64,000 bases of DNA from Scyliorhinus canicula. Taxonomy: Eukaryota. The number at the start of each line of letters is the position of its first letter. Within the stretch, counting starts at the first letter, position 1. Under the pieces are notes generated by a model. That model saw nothing but the letters and a program-made list of their open reading frames with translations. It made no database searches and had not been told where the DNA came from. A program made the translations under genes and the position numbers. Below, piece after piece: positions 13,080 through 25,274 of the stretch. The stretch covers positions 38,493,729 through 38,557,728 of the forward strand of contig NC_052158.1 of NCBI RefSeq assembly GCF_902713615.1, in the 5' to 3' direction.

Positions 13080-13788
13080 AACCAGGGGATACTTGGCGGT
13101 CGTTGCCGCTCTGGTACTTTAAGCTGGACACGTGGCTTTCTGTTGGCTGGATTTTCACTTGGCCGTATTTTTGGACCCTTTTTGTTCTCTATACCAGTTT
13201 TTTCTCTCTTTTTCCTGTTATTTATAATGTTATGGTGGGAGGGCGGGGTGGGGGGGGAGTGCCGGGGGTATGTGTTTCTTGTGGGGTTTTTGGTTGTTTT
13301 GTATTTATCGGTGGGAGATCGGGGACGGGGGTGGAACTGAAGATGGAGGGGCGGGGAGGGGCAGGGCGAAAGCGCGGGCTTTCCTCTGGTTTCCCGCGCA
13401 CGGGGCAGAGGAGGGAGGGGGATGGGAGTAAGGGGCGTGGTCAGCAATGGCTCCCTTTCCCGCGCTGGAGCGGGGTCAAGGAGGGGTGGTAAGGGGGGGG
13501 ACGTCCCCCCATGCCGGGAGGAGCCGGAGTGTGGCAGGGGCAGCCGGGTCAGCGTAAACCAGCTGACTCACGGAAGTACTATGGAGGGTGCGTCGCGGCT
13601 AGGAAGGGTCCTAGCCTGGGGGGGGAGGGGGGTGGGAGGGGGAGGGGGGAAGGGGGGGGCCACCGGGTTGCTGCTGAAAAGGCCAGGGAGGAGAAGTTGA
13701 GGACTGGAGGGGTGGGGGGGGGGGCGCCATCGCCATGGGGAGCGGGTCAGAAAGGGAGGGCTGACTCGGGGCGAGCAGGTGACAGGAT

Positions 13789-16700
13789 ATGGCTAGTCGG
13801 CGGGGGAAAGGGGCGGGCTGCCCTTCGACCCGGCTGATCACTTGGAATGTGAGGGGGCTGAATGGGCCGGTCAAGAGAACGATAGTAATCTCGCATTTGA
13901 AGGGGCTGAAGGCGGATGTAGCAATGCTACAAGAGACCCATTTGAAGGTGGCGGACCAGGTCCGCCTGAGAAGGGGGTGGGTGGGACAAGTGTTCCACTC
14001 AGGACTGGACGTAAAGAACCGAGGGGTGGCGATCCTGGTAGGGAAGAGGGTGTCGTTCGTGGCGGCGGAGGTGGTGGCGGATAAAGAGGGTAGATATGTC
14101 ATGGTGAAGGGCAGGCTGCAGGGGGAGAAAGTGGTGATGGTTAACGTGTATGCCCCGAACTGGGACGACGCTGGCTTCATGAGGTGCCTACTGGGCCTCA
14201 TTCCGGACCTGGAGGCAGGGGGCCTGATCATGGGGGGGGACTTCAACACAGTGCTGGACCCCGTGTTGGACAGATCGAGTTCAAGGACGAGTAGGAGGCC
14301 GGCAGCGGCAGAAGTGTTAAAGGGGTTTATGGAGCAGATGGGAGGGGTGGACCCCTGGAGGTTTGGGAGGCCGAGGGCGAGGGAGTATTCCTTTTTCTCC
14401 CATGTCCACAGAGTCTATTCTAGAATTGACTTTTTTGTATTAAGCAGGGGACTGATCCCGAAAGTACGGGAAGTGGAGTACTCGGCCATAGCGGTCTCAG
14501 ACCACGCGCCACACTGGGTAGATTTGGAAATGGGAGAGGTGCGAGACCAGCGTCCGCTGTGGCGCCTGGATGTGGGGTTGCTGGCGGATGAGGAGGTGTA
14601 TAAGAGGGTCCGGAAGAGCATTGAGAGATATCTGGACATTAATGACACGGGGGAGGTGCAGGTGGGGATGGTATGGGAGGCCCTGAAGGCGGTGATCCGG
14701 GGGGAGCTGATCTCCATACGGGCACATAGGGAAAGGAGGGAGAGACAGGAGAGGGAGAGGCTGGTGGGGGAGCTTCTGGACGTGGATAGGAAATATGCGG
14801 AGGCACCAGAGGAGGGGCTGCTGGGGGAACGGCGTAGTTTGCAGGCTAAGTTTGACCTGTTGACCACCAGAAAGGCGGAGACACAGTGGAGAAGGGCGCA
14901 GGGCGCGATTTATGAGTATGGGGAGAAGGCGAGTAGGATGCTGGCGCATCAGCTCCGCAAGCGGGATGCGGCTAGAGAAATTGGGGGAGTGAGGGAGAGG
15001 GGTGGGAACATAGTGCAGAAGGGGCCAGAAGTAAATGGGGTTTTCAGAGACTTCTATAAGGAGCTGTATCGGTCAGAGCCGCCGACGAGGGGAGGGGGGA
15101 TGGCAGGCTTCTTGAACAAACTGAGGTTCCCCAAGGTCCAAGAGGAGCTGGTAGAGGGGCTGGGGGCGCAGATAGGGCTAGAGGAGCTAGTCAAGGGGAT
15201 TGGGCATATGCAGTCGGGGAAGGCGCCGGGGCCAGACGGGTTCCCGGTGGAATTTTACAAAAAATATGCGGATCTGGTGGGCCCTGTGCTGGTGCGAGCC
15301 TTCAACGAGGCATGGGAGAGGGGGGCTCTGCCCCCGACAATGTCGCAGGCACTGATCTCTCTGATCTTGAAGCGGGACAAGGACCCCGTGCAGTGTGGGT
15401 CATATAGGCCTATCTCGCTCCTGAATGTGGACGCCAAGCTGCTGGCAAAGATCCTGGCTACCAGGATAGAGGATTGTGTGCCAGGGGTGATACACGAGGA
15501 CCAGACGGGTTTTGTGAAAGGGCGGCAGCTTAATACGAACGTGCGGAGACTGCTAAACGTCATCATGATGCCGGCAGTGTAGGGGGAGGCGGAGATAGTG
15601 GTGGCATTGGACGCGGAGAAAGCATTTGATAGGGTGGAGTGGAAGTACCTGTGGGAGACGCTGGAACGGTTTGGATTTGGGGAGGGATTTATTAAATGGG
15701 TGAAGCTGATCTATTCGGCCCCGACGGCAAGTGTAGTGACGAATGGTAGGAGATCGGAGTATTTTGGGCTCCACCGGGGGACCAGACAGGGGTGCCCCTT
15801 GTCCCCCCTGCTCTTCGCACTGGCAATTGAACCATTGGCGATGGCACTGAGGGGCTCAGGGGGGTGGAGAGGGCTGACAAGGGGCGGGGAGGAGCACCGG
15901 GTATCGCTATACGCGGACGACCTGCTGCTATACGTGGCAGACCCAGAAGGGGGAATGCCGGAGGTGATGGAACTGCTAGCAGAATTCGGGGCCTTTTCGG
16001 GGTACAAGCTAAACTTGGGTAAGAGTGAGGTATTTGTGATACACCCAGGGGACCAGGAAGAGGGAATCGGGAGACTCCCGTTGAAGAGAGCAGGAAAGAG
16101 TTTTAGATATTTAGGGGTGCAGGTGGCAAGGAACTGGGGGACTCTCCACAAGTTGAACTTCTCTAGGCTAGTGGAACAGATGGAGGAGGAATTTAAAAGG
16201 TGGGACATGGTGCCGCTGTCGCTGGCGGGCAGAGTGCAGTCCGTTAAAATGACGGTCCTCCCAAGGTTTTTGTTTTTATTTCAGTGCTTGCCCATCTTCC
16301 TCCCTAGGGCCTTCTTCAAAAAGGTGACGAGCAGCATCATGAGCTACGTGTGGGCGCATGGCACCCCAAGGGTGAGGAGGGTCTTCTTGGAGCGGAGTAG
16401 GGAGAGTGGAGGGCTGGCATTACCCAACCTTTCGGGGTATTACTGGGCGGCTAATGTGTCGATGGTGCGCAAGTGGATGATGGAATGGGAGGGGGCAGCT
16501 TGGAAACGAATGGAGAGGGCGTCCTGTGGCAACATAAGCCTGGGGGCCCTAGTAACGGCGCCATGGCCGCTCCCTCCCACGAGGTACACCACGAGCCCGG
16601 TGGTGGCGGCCACCCTCAAGATCTGGGGGCAGTGGAGGCGACACAGGGGGGAAGTGGGGGGTCTGATGGAGGCACCGTTAAGAGGGAACCATAGATTCAT

Positions 16701-17583
16701 CCCGGGGAACATGGACGGGGGATTTCAGAGCTGGCACAGGGTGGGCATCAGGCAGCTGAAGGATCTGTTTGTAGATGGGAGGTTTGCGAGCCTGAGAGAG
16801 CTGGAGGAGAAATTCGGGCTCCCCCCGGGAAACGTGTTTCGACATTTGCAGGTGAAGGCATTTGCTAGCCGCCAGGTGGAAGGGTTCCCCTTGCTCCCCA
16901 GCAGGGGGGCGAGCGATAGGGTGCTCTCGGGGGTCTGGGTCGGAGGGGGGAGGATATCGGACATATACAAAGTAATGCAGGAGGCTGAGGAGGCATCAGT
17001 AGAGGAGCTGAAAGCCAAGTGGGAGGGGGAGCTGGGAGAGCAGATAGAGGATGGGACATGGGCTGATGCCCTGGAGAGGGTTAATTCTTCCTCCTCGTGT
17101 GCGAGGCTTAGCCTCATTCAATTTAAGGTGCTACATAGAGCCCATATGACGGGGACAAGGATGAGTCGGTTCTTTGGGGGTGAGGACAGATGTGTCAGGT
17201 GTTCGGGAAGTCCAGCGAACCATGTCCATATGTTTTGGGCATGTCCGGCACTGGAGGAGTTCTGGAAGGGGGTGGCAAGGACGGTGTCGAGGGTGGTGGG
17301 ATCCAGGGTCAAACCAGGATGGGGACTAGCGATCTTTGGGGTTGGGGTGGAGCCGGGGGTACAGGAGGCGAGAGAGGCCGGAATACTGGCCTTTACGTCC
17401 CTAGTTGCGCGAAGAAGGATACTGATACAGTGGAAGGACGCGAGGCCTCCAAGCGTGGAAACTTGGATTAATGACATGGCAAGCTTTATCCAGTTGGAAA
17501 GGGTCAAATTCGCCCTGAGAGGGTCGGTACAAGGGTTCTTCAGGCGGTGGCAGCCTTTCCTCGACTTTTTGGCTCAAAGATAG
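13789..17583 (+). pseudogene. L1 ORF2p (APE, RT, C-terminal CCHC) with one in-frame TAG at 15580-15582
   Basis: ORFs 13789-15582 and 15598-17583 are in the same frame. Motifs TWNVRGL, GGDFN, SDH, LDAEKAFD, RQGCPLSP, YADD and CVRC...HMFWAC. Confidence 0.93.
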
Positions 17584-18607
17584 GGTGCAGAGGTCGCAGC
17601 AGCAGCAACCCGGGGGGGGGGGGAGGGGGGGGGTGGCAACAACGGGTGTGGTGGGTTATTTAAGGTTGTAATGCGGACAAATATGTTCGCAGTTCATGTT
17701 TGATGTTAATTGTTGCTTTGTTTGTTTTTTTTGGGGGGGGGAGGGGGGGAGGGACAGCGCGCGCGGGGGGTCGGGCGGGGGGGGGGATATCTGTTAAGAG
17801 GGAATATTGTGTAATAGTCTATGGTTAGGGGGGGTAAATATTCTCATGTAAAAAATCTCTTCAATAAAAATTATTTTAAAAAAAAAGATTAACTCATGGA
17901 AAAAAAAGCTCTTCAATACCTCCAGCCTCAGTTCGATGATTCTGGATGGAAAATAAATTGCAAATAAACACGCACTTTTAGCACGCATGACCATGTGTCA
18001 GGGCATCTGCATAATCCCGGTGAGCATGTGCACCGTGCAATCTCCATATGCCTGAAGATTGTATAGATGTTTCAGGCCAAGAAAACACCAACAGATTAAA
18101 ACTCTCCCTCTACACTATCCCATCAAACACTTCCAGGACACGTACCACACGGGGTTAGATGCAGAGTAAAACTCACCTTCTACACTCTCCCATATTATGG
18201 GCCAGGGTTTCGAGAACACCAAGGTATCATGAAGTTCACCTGACCCAAAACTTTTAATAGATTTTGGTTATGGAGAGCAAAAGAGCCCACTTTACAGGTG
18301 TGATGCAACAGAGATCTAAAAGTATTTTTAAACAAAAATTATGTTTATTCGAAGAATCCAGGTAACATTTTATAAACACACAGTAAACAATTTATCAACA
18401 CAAATAATCCCCACAGATACAATACTCTATAGATAACCCTTAATAACTTTCCAAACAACATCCAATAGCCAAAACACTTTTTTAAAAAGACAGCAGGTTT
18501 GCATTCCTTGCAGAAATCATCAAGTGATCTGGAGACATACTTTAGACTGCAGTGAGAGACATCCATACACACATCTGCTTGGTTTGAATGCAAGTTTCCA
18601 ATTGAAA

Positions 18608-18791
18608 TGAAAATGAAATGAAAATTGCTTATTGTCACAAGTAGGCTTCAAATGAAGTTACTGTGAAAAGCCTCTAGTCGCCACATTCCAGCGCCTGTTC
18701 GGGGAGGCTGGTATGGGAATTGAACCGTGCTGCTGGCCTGCCTTGCTCTGCTTTAAAAGCCAGCTATTTAGCCCAGTGTGCTAAACCAGCC
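18608..18791 (-). mobile_element. tRNA-derived SINE with (tttca)n tail (third family; further copies near 63030-63183 and 63470-63650)
   Basis: Head ggggctggtttagcac...ggttcaattccc; TSD ccaattgaaa (18598-18607 and 18792-18801). Confidence 0.75.
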
Positions 18792-18944
18792 CCAATTGAA
18801 AGCAAAACTAAACACAGAGCCAGAAACAGCTTCCAGCTCAAAGCGAAAGTATAAAGTAAAGCAGAGCTCAGCTCCACCCACACAATGACATCGCTGCAGC
18901 CACTTAAGAAGACAAACATTTCTTAAAGTGGCATTCACATGGCA

Positions 18945-19095
18945 CCCATCAAACACTCCCAGGGGACAAGTACAACACAGGGTTAGATTAAGAGTAAAGC
19001 TCCCTGTACATTGTCCCATCAAACACTCCCATGGCAGATAAAGCACAGAGTTAGATACAGAGTAGGGTTCCTCTACACAGTCTCTTCAAACACTC
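18945..19095. repeat. Short ~60-bp tandem repeat (also near 18085-18195)
   Basis: Recurrent catcaaacactccc...ggttagat..agagtaaa..tccctctacac units. Confidence 0.6.
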
Positions 19096-20235
19096 TGGTG
19101 AATCTCTGTGTCTATTCGGAACCCTGGGTATCCAGTATCCCTTCTCAGGTCCCAAATAACAGGTCAAATCTGTGCTTTATGGCAAAGTCCACTTGCACTT
19201 TATTTGTCAGCTGTGTCACAGGTAACTTATTTTCAATGCAACATTTAGGAAGTTCCGACTAGCCCTACAGAAAGCTAGTCAGATTAATTGGCTTTAGCGA
19301 ATACAGTAGTTGAGTTTTCATTCAATTACGGATCGTAGTAATTCTTCAGGATAATATAACTAAGTGATTTAAACAAAAGAAAGATGGCAATTGGTAAGCA
19401 GCAAAGAACTAGGTTTCAGAAATATAGATAGGGTGATTCCAGAATGAGTTTTTCCATCCCGGTAAATGATTCTTAAGGAGATTATTATCTTAAGGTTTGG
19501 TCTTCTTATTACTTCTGATTGGCTTTAACTAATTTATAATTCGCTCAATTCGGCCAAACTGTCAGTCTATCAATTTATGAGATATATGTATTTCAATATA
19601 TTGGTGCCAATTTCCCATTCCATCGCTTGCCAATTTAATTAGAAAAATACAGTTTTTGTTAAGAGATTATCAGTCCTAGACTGGCTGTTACTATAGAAAC
19701 GGGACTACTCATACTGGACAGCCGCCCAGCTTTTACCAAACAATGGGGCCTTTTAGCTAGTTGACATCACTGGCAGTCTCACAAGCAACTTGCAAAATGT
19801 GAAACTTAAAAATTAAAGAGCATTATCTGGATTAACGCTTAGTGGATTCCCAACTACTGTTGCACTGAAATAATGCTTAGCATGATTATCGTTAATTATT
19901 ATTAATGAGTTCTCAATAAACCTCTATCATCTTCCCTTACTCTCATGATTATAGCTGATTGGAAAAGTCAATTTCTATCACACTCTCAGGGCAGGTATAG
20001 GATGTATAGATATACACTGTCGTTCTGGATCCACACACGTTCCATCAAATATCTAACAAAGGTGCACAGGATATGTTTTAGAGGGTGCTGACATAACCTC
20101 CAGTAAAATGTTGGGAACTTGAGGAGAACGTGGGAAGAGAATGGATGATAATAGATAAATGACACGCATTGGAAATGTTAACCGTCGGTTAGCAGTTGAG
20201 AACGTGTCAGCTTCTGCAGCATGTTAAATTGAAGA

Positions 20236-20241
20236 TTTATT
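20236..20241 (-). terminator. Polyadenylation signal (AATAAA) of the class I gene
   Basis: First AATAAA on the minus strand after the stop codon, about 330 nt downstream. Confidence 0.6.
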
Positions 20242-20324
20242 TTACATTTACAAGTAGTATTTATGAATCAGATGCACCATCTTTGCCCCATGAGTGTATC
20301 ATTCTCTACCAGTCTCTGCTGTTC

Positions 20325-20650
20325 TCCGCTAGTCACTGCCAGAGTCTGCTGGTAGCTGTGAGTCTCTGCCATTCTCTGCTGGTCATTGTGAGTCTCTGCC
20401 AATCCCTGCTGGTGGCTGCCAGTCTCTCTCATCTCGGACATTCATGGCTGGTCTCGGACAGTCGCTGTTGGTCTCTGCGAGTATCTGCTGGTCTCGGCTA
20501 CTGTCTGCTCGTCTCTCACCAGCCTGTGCACTGCCAGTCGAACCAGTTTCCACTGGTCTCCGTCACACTCTACTGTTCTCCGTCACACTCTGTCAGTGCC
20601 TGCAGGTATCTGCCAGTCTCTGCCAGTCTTTGCTGGTTGCTGCCAGTCAC
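20325..20650. repeat. Degenerate 10/20/30-bp tandem repeat spanning the class I stop codon and 3'UTR
   Basis: 30-bp units such as agtctctgccattctctgctggtcattgtg, 10-bp sub-periodicity, and a 20-bp tandem duplication near 20560-20600. Confidence 0.75.
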
Positions 20651-20766
20651 ATTGTTCATTCTCTTCCTCCAGAAACCAATTCCAATGATGATGCAAAGTA
20701 GAGTGAGTGAGATGGCTGTTGCTCCAACTGTAATCCCGACCTTCACGCCTTCTTGTGCCACTCTCT
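20570..20766 (-). CDS. MHC class I-like heavy chain, TM plus cytoplasmic exon
   Basis: CAGCAG acceptor in phase 1. Hydrophobic VGITVGATAISLTLLCIIIGIGFW followed by basic RKR, TAG stop at 20572-20570, AATAAA downstream. Confidence 0.8.
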
Positions 20767-20999
20767 CTGCTGGCACATACAGTTACATTAAAATTATATC
20801 GAGCAATAATAATTTACGAATGATTCTGTACTTCAATGTCCTGCAAACTAGTACTGTACATGTCTGATATTAGAGAAAGAATGTTTTAAATGTATGTACT
20901 ACCTTTTATGAACACAAGGCTAGATTGAGATAGGTACAGGACTATGGCGAGAGGTTAGCGGGACAATGGACTAGTTTGGGGTTGATACAGGGTTAGAGT

Positions 21000-21700
21000 C
21001 ATAGAGTTTTTACTGCATGGAAAGAGGTCCTTCGCCCATCATGTCTGTATCGGGCATCAAGCACCTATTCACTCCAGTGCCATTTTCCAGCTCTTGTCCC
21101 TTAGCCTTGTAGGCTGCAGCATTTCAACTGCTCTTCTAAATACTTCCCAAATGTTGTGAGGGTTCCCGCCTCTAGCACCCTTTCAGGCAGCGAGTTCCAA
21201 ATTCCTACCACCCTCTGGGTGAAAAACATTTTTCCTCACATCCCCTTTAAACATCCTTCCCCTTCCCTTAAATCTATGCCGCCTGGTTATTGACCCCTCT
21301 ACTAAGCGGAAAACTCACTTCCTATCCACACTATCTCTGTTCTTCATAATTTTATACGCCTCAGTTACCCAAGAAAACAACCCCAGCCGAACCAGTCTCT
21401 CTTGATAGCTGAAACACTCCAGCCCAGGAAACATCCTGGTGAATTCTCCTCAACCTCTCTAGTGCAATCATATCCTCCCTATAGTGTGGTGACCAGAACT
21501 GCACACAATACTCTAGCTGTGGCCCAACCAGTGTTTTATACAGCTCCATCATAACCTCCCTCTTATAATCTATGCCACGGCTAATAAAGGCAAGTATCCT
21601 TAACCACCTTATCTACCTGTCCTGCTGCCTTTCAGGATCTTTGGATACAACCCAAGGTCCCTCTGGTCTGTATTTCCCAGCATCCTACCATTCATTGCCA
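21000..21700 (-). mobile_element. CR1 3' fragment (another at about 22050-22400)
   Basis: LYKTLVGPQLEYCVQFWSPHYR and reverse-complement CR1 tail motifs. Confidence 0.8.
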
Positions 21701-22404
21701 TAGGGCGAAATCTTCCCAAAAGGAAACAAAGTCCTCGTGCGAGCGCGTTTAGCCATGTGGATATTCAAAATGACTTGCGTTGAATAAGGGGCTTAAACGC
21801 GTGGCCGAGGCCACATGTAGCCCCATTTTTTACAACCTTACTGTCTCGCTCTAAAGTGCAGAATTGACAAAAATGAATGCCACCTACTGTGGGCGGGATT
21901 CACCTTGCAACATCTTGTGGCATTGCATTGAGTCTCGCGAGGCATTGCGAGCCGGGTGGATCCCGGAAGCAGGGTCTCCCGGCTTCCAACAACCACACTG
22001 CCTACGGCGAGCTGCTTTTGGGGCACAGTGTGGCCACATGTTTGCACCTATAGAATCATAGAGGTATTCAGCACAGAAAAGCCCCTTCGTCCCATCGCTT
22101 CTGCACCGGTCAAAAACAACCATCTAACGATTCTAATCCCATTTTCCAGCCTTGTATGTCCTGTCATCGCAAGTACACATCTAAATACTTCTTAAATGTT
22201 ATGAGGGTCTCTGCCTCCACTGCCCTTTCAGGCAGCAAGTTTCAAACTCCCCCCCCACCCTCTGGTTGAAATCTATGTCCCTGATCATTGATCACTCCAC
22301 CGAGGGGAAAGGTTTCTTCCTGTCTACTCTATCTGTGTCCATCATAATTTTATGCATCCCAATGATTACCAACCCCCTCAGTCTCCTCTGCTCCAAGGAA
22401 AACT

Positions 22405-23318
22405 AAAACTCTCCCACGAGATGTCGGAATCGGAGCTCCACCTCAAATGGGTGGCACCGAATGACGCTCGTGGGCGTAGGTCGTGGACCTACTTACGACC
22501 TACCTGCGCGGGATCCACCGGTCTTTCATTCTTCGGCCTCTCCAGGGAGGCTGCAGCCAGGCTCCATTTAGTGCTGGTCCACACAAACATGGGCCAGGCG
22601 AATGGCACCCGGGCCATCAGAGAGACCTGGGTGGTCAGGGTCAGTGCAGGGTGGCTCCCTAGCCCTCCCCTGGAATTGGACACGTTGGCACTGCGCAGGT
22701 GGCACCTTGACACTGCTACCCTGGCACTGCCATGGTGCGTGGATGGCACTGCCAAGCTAGCAGGAGCACTGACTGGGTGCTAGGGTAGCAATACCAGGCT
22801 GCCCAAGTGCCAGGGTGGCACTGCCAAGGGTTAGGGATGAGGGGGACCATGCCCATGAAATGAGGGTGGGAGAGTTTGAAGGGAATGCAGGGCAGGTAGG
22901 GGCATCTGGGAGATTGGGGGGTAATGGATGGGGTACTATGCAGGAAGTGATACTGTAAGCTGGTTTTGGGGGGCAGAAGTGGGGGGGACCCCCAGGTACC
23001 CTATATTGGGGTGTCCTCACTTGGAGGGTGTGGGATAGAGTCCATGTGTGTGGAGGGTGACATTGCCCATGTGTGGGGGTGTGGGGGACCCACAAACTCA
23101 GTTAGAGTTCGGCGCACCATTTCAAAATGGCATCCCGATCTCTGAGTTCAGCTCCCCGGTGCTAAAGTGTGGGCTAAGCCTGTGAGAATATCCCCATTGC
23201 CCAATAACGTGACTGAGTGTCATTGAATAGCAGTGAGGAACTCGCCGGCAGAGCCGAGAGAAACCCCCTGAAAAACCCAACACAAATTAACTTAGAAATT
23301 TTGGGAGAGAATCGCCCC
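22405..23318. mobile_element. Non-autonomous Harbinger-like element, partial
   Basis: GC-rich, with a right end gagaatcgcccc like the MITE TIR; left TIR not found. Confidence 0.45.
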
Positions 23319-23409
23319 CGAACGGGTGGATTCTTCCACCCCACCAGCCACAAAAATGTCACAGGCGAGACAACAACAATCAGAAACTTCAGTAGGGCAG
23401 CAGAATTTG

Positions 23410-24790
23410 TTTGAGATTGATACAGAGCTAAGGGAAACGAGTTGGGTACTGGGATTAATTCGGGACTGATGCAGGGCTATGGGGAGAGTGTGGGGTTGTG
23501 GGATTAGTTTGGGATTGATACAGGGATGTTTGGAAAGAGTGGGCAGTGAGATTAGTGTTGGATTGATACAGGCCTATGCAGAGAGAGTGGGGCAGTGGAA
23601 TTAGCTAGGGATGGATATCAGGACCAGAGGTGACAGTGGGGCAGCGGGATTTATCTGGGACTGATACAGGGCAATGGGACAGCGTGGGGAAGTGGGATTA
23701 GTTTGGGATTGATACAGGGTGATAGGTAGTGTGGGACAGTGGGATTAGTTAAAGATTGATGCAGGCCTATTGGGAGAGAGTGGGGCAGTGGGATTAGTTT
23801 GGGATTGATACAGAGTTATGGGGAGAGAGTGGGGCAGTGGGATTAGTTTTTGATTCATACAGGGCGATTGGTAGAGTGTGGGACGGTGGGATGTTTGGGA
23901 TTGATACAGGGCTATGGGTAGAGTGTGGGGCAGTGGGATGTTTGGGATTGATACAGGGCGATTGGTAGAGTGTGAGGACAGTGGGATGTTTGGGATTGAT
24001 ACAGGACTATGGGGAGAGTGTGGGGCAGTGGGATAGAACATAGAACATAGAACAGTACAGCACAGAACAGGCCCTTCGGCCCTCGATGTTGTGCCAAGCC
24101 ATGATCTCCCTACTCAAACCCACGCTATACCCGTAACCCAACAACCCCCCCTTAACCTTACTTTTAGGACACTACGGGCAATTTAGCATGGCCAATCCAC
24201 CTAACCCGCACATCTTTGGACTGTGGGAGGAAACCGGAGCACCCGGAGGAAACCCACGCACACACGGGGAGGACGTGCAGACTCTGCACAGACAGTGACC
24301 CAGCCGGGAATCGAACCTGGGACCCTGGAGCTGTGAAGCATTTATGCTAACCACCTGCTACCGCGCTGCCCCTTTGTTTGGGATGTTTGGGATTGATACA
24401 GGGCGATTGGTAGAGTGTGGGACAGTGGGATGTTTGGGATTGATACAGGGCTATGGGGAGAGAGTGGGGCAGTGGGATTAGTTTGGGATTGGTACAGGGC
24501 GATTGGTAGAGTGTGGGAGAGTGGGATTAGTTTAGGATTGATACAGGGCGATTGGTAGAGTGTGGGACAGTGGGATTAGTTTGGGGTTGATACAGGGCGA
24601 TTGGTAGAGTGTGGGACAGTGGGATTAGTTTGGGATTGATACAGGGCGATTGGTAGAGTGTGGGACAGTGGGATGTTTGGGATTGATACAGGACTATGGG
24701 GAGAGAGTGGGGCAGTGGGATTAGTTTTTGATTCATACGAGGCGATTGGTAGATTGTGGGACAGTGGGATGTTTGGGATTGATACAGGAC
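23410..24790 (+). repeat. ~48-bp minisatellite (gggattgatacagggctatggggagagtgtggggcagtgggattagttt), split by a SINE
   Basis: Many degenerate tandem units are visible directly. Confidence 0.9.
24035..24372 (-). mobile_element. V-SINE long form inserted in the minisatellite
   Basis: Complete head, V-domain and (ttctatg)n tail in reverse complement. Confidence 0.85.
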
Positions 24791-25274
24791 TATGGGGTGT
24801 AATTAGAGCACTGGACTGCCATTACCACGGCCTGCAAGGCAGCCAATTGCTGCACACCACCCACCCTGGTTCTTCAAAGTGACACTGGCATATGGTTACC
24901 ACCACCTCCGCATCCCACCCTCTACCATACCACACCCACCCTGCACACCCGGCCACCACCTGCCAGCAGCCCACCCTGGACAAAGTCCATGGTAGCCACT
25001 ACGGGGCGAAGGTTGTGGACCAAGGAGCGTATCCCTAGCAAGGACAGTCCCAGCCAATAGTACCCCTGGCACCAGGGACAGGCGCCAGAGCCAGAGGCCT
25101 TCAGGCACCGACGGGGCCAGGAGTGCGGGGATGGGGGGAGGGAGCGAGTGTAGGGTGTTACATGCAGGGGCAGAGTCCGCAGTGACAACCTAAGCCGTTG
25201 TGTTGCTCGGTGGACCTGGTTGGGCATGGGGTACGCACCATGCTACCATGCCGGCCTTCCACCCCCTACAGCCA

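Larger units (their letters stand above)
12086..17880 (+). mobile_element. Full-length L1-clade LINE (5795 bp)
   Basis: Two ORFs; 16-bp TSD aaaaaagattaactca (12070-12085 and 17881-17896) preceded by TT; AATAAA at 17863-17868 and a short A-tail. Confidence 0.95.

Noticed and set aside
19440-19490. HLPGWKNSF on the minus strand as a retroviral RT motif (LPQGxKNSP)
   Set aside because: It is an isolated weak match with no YxDD or other RT motif in register.
20196-20867. 223-aa plus-strand ORF with a CQSLLVAxSL repeat
   Set aside because: It is the antisense reading of the class I last exon and its 30-bp repeat.
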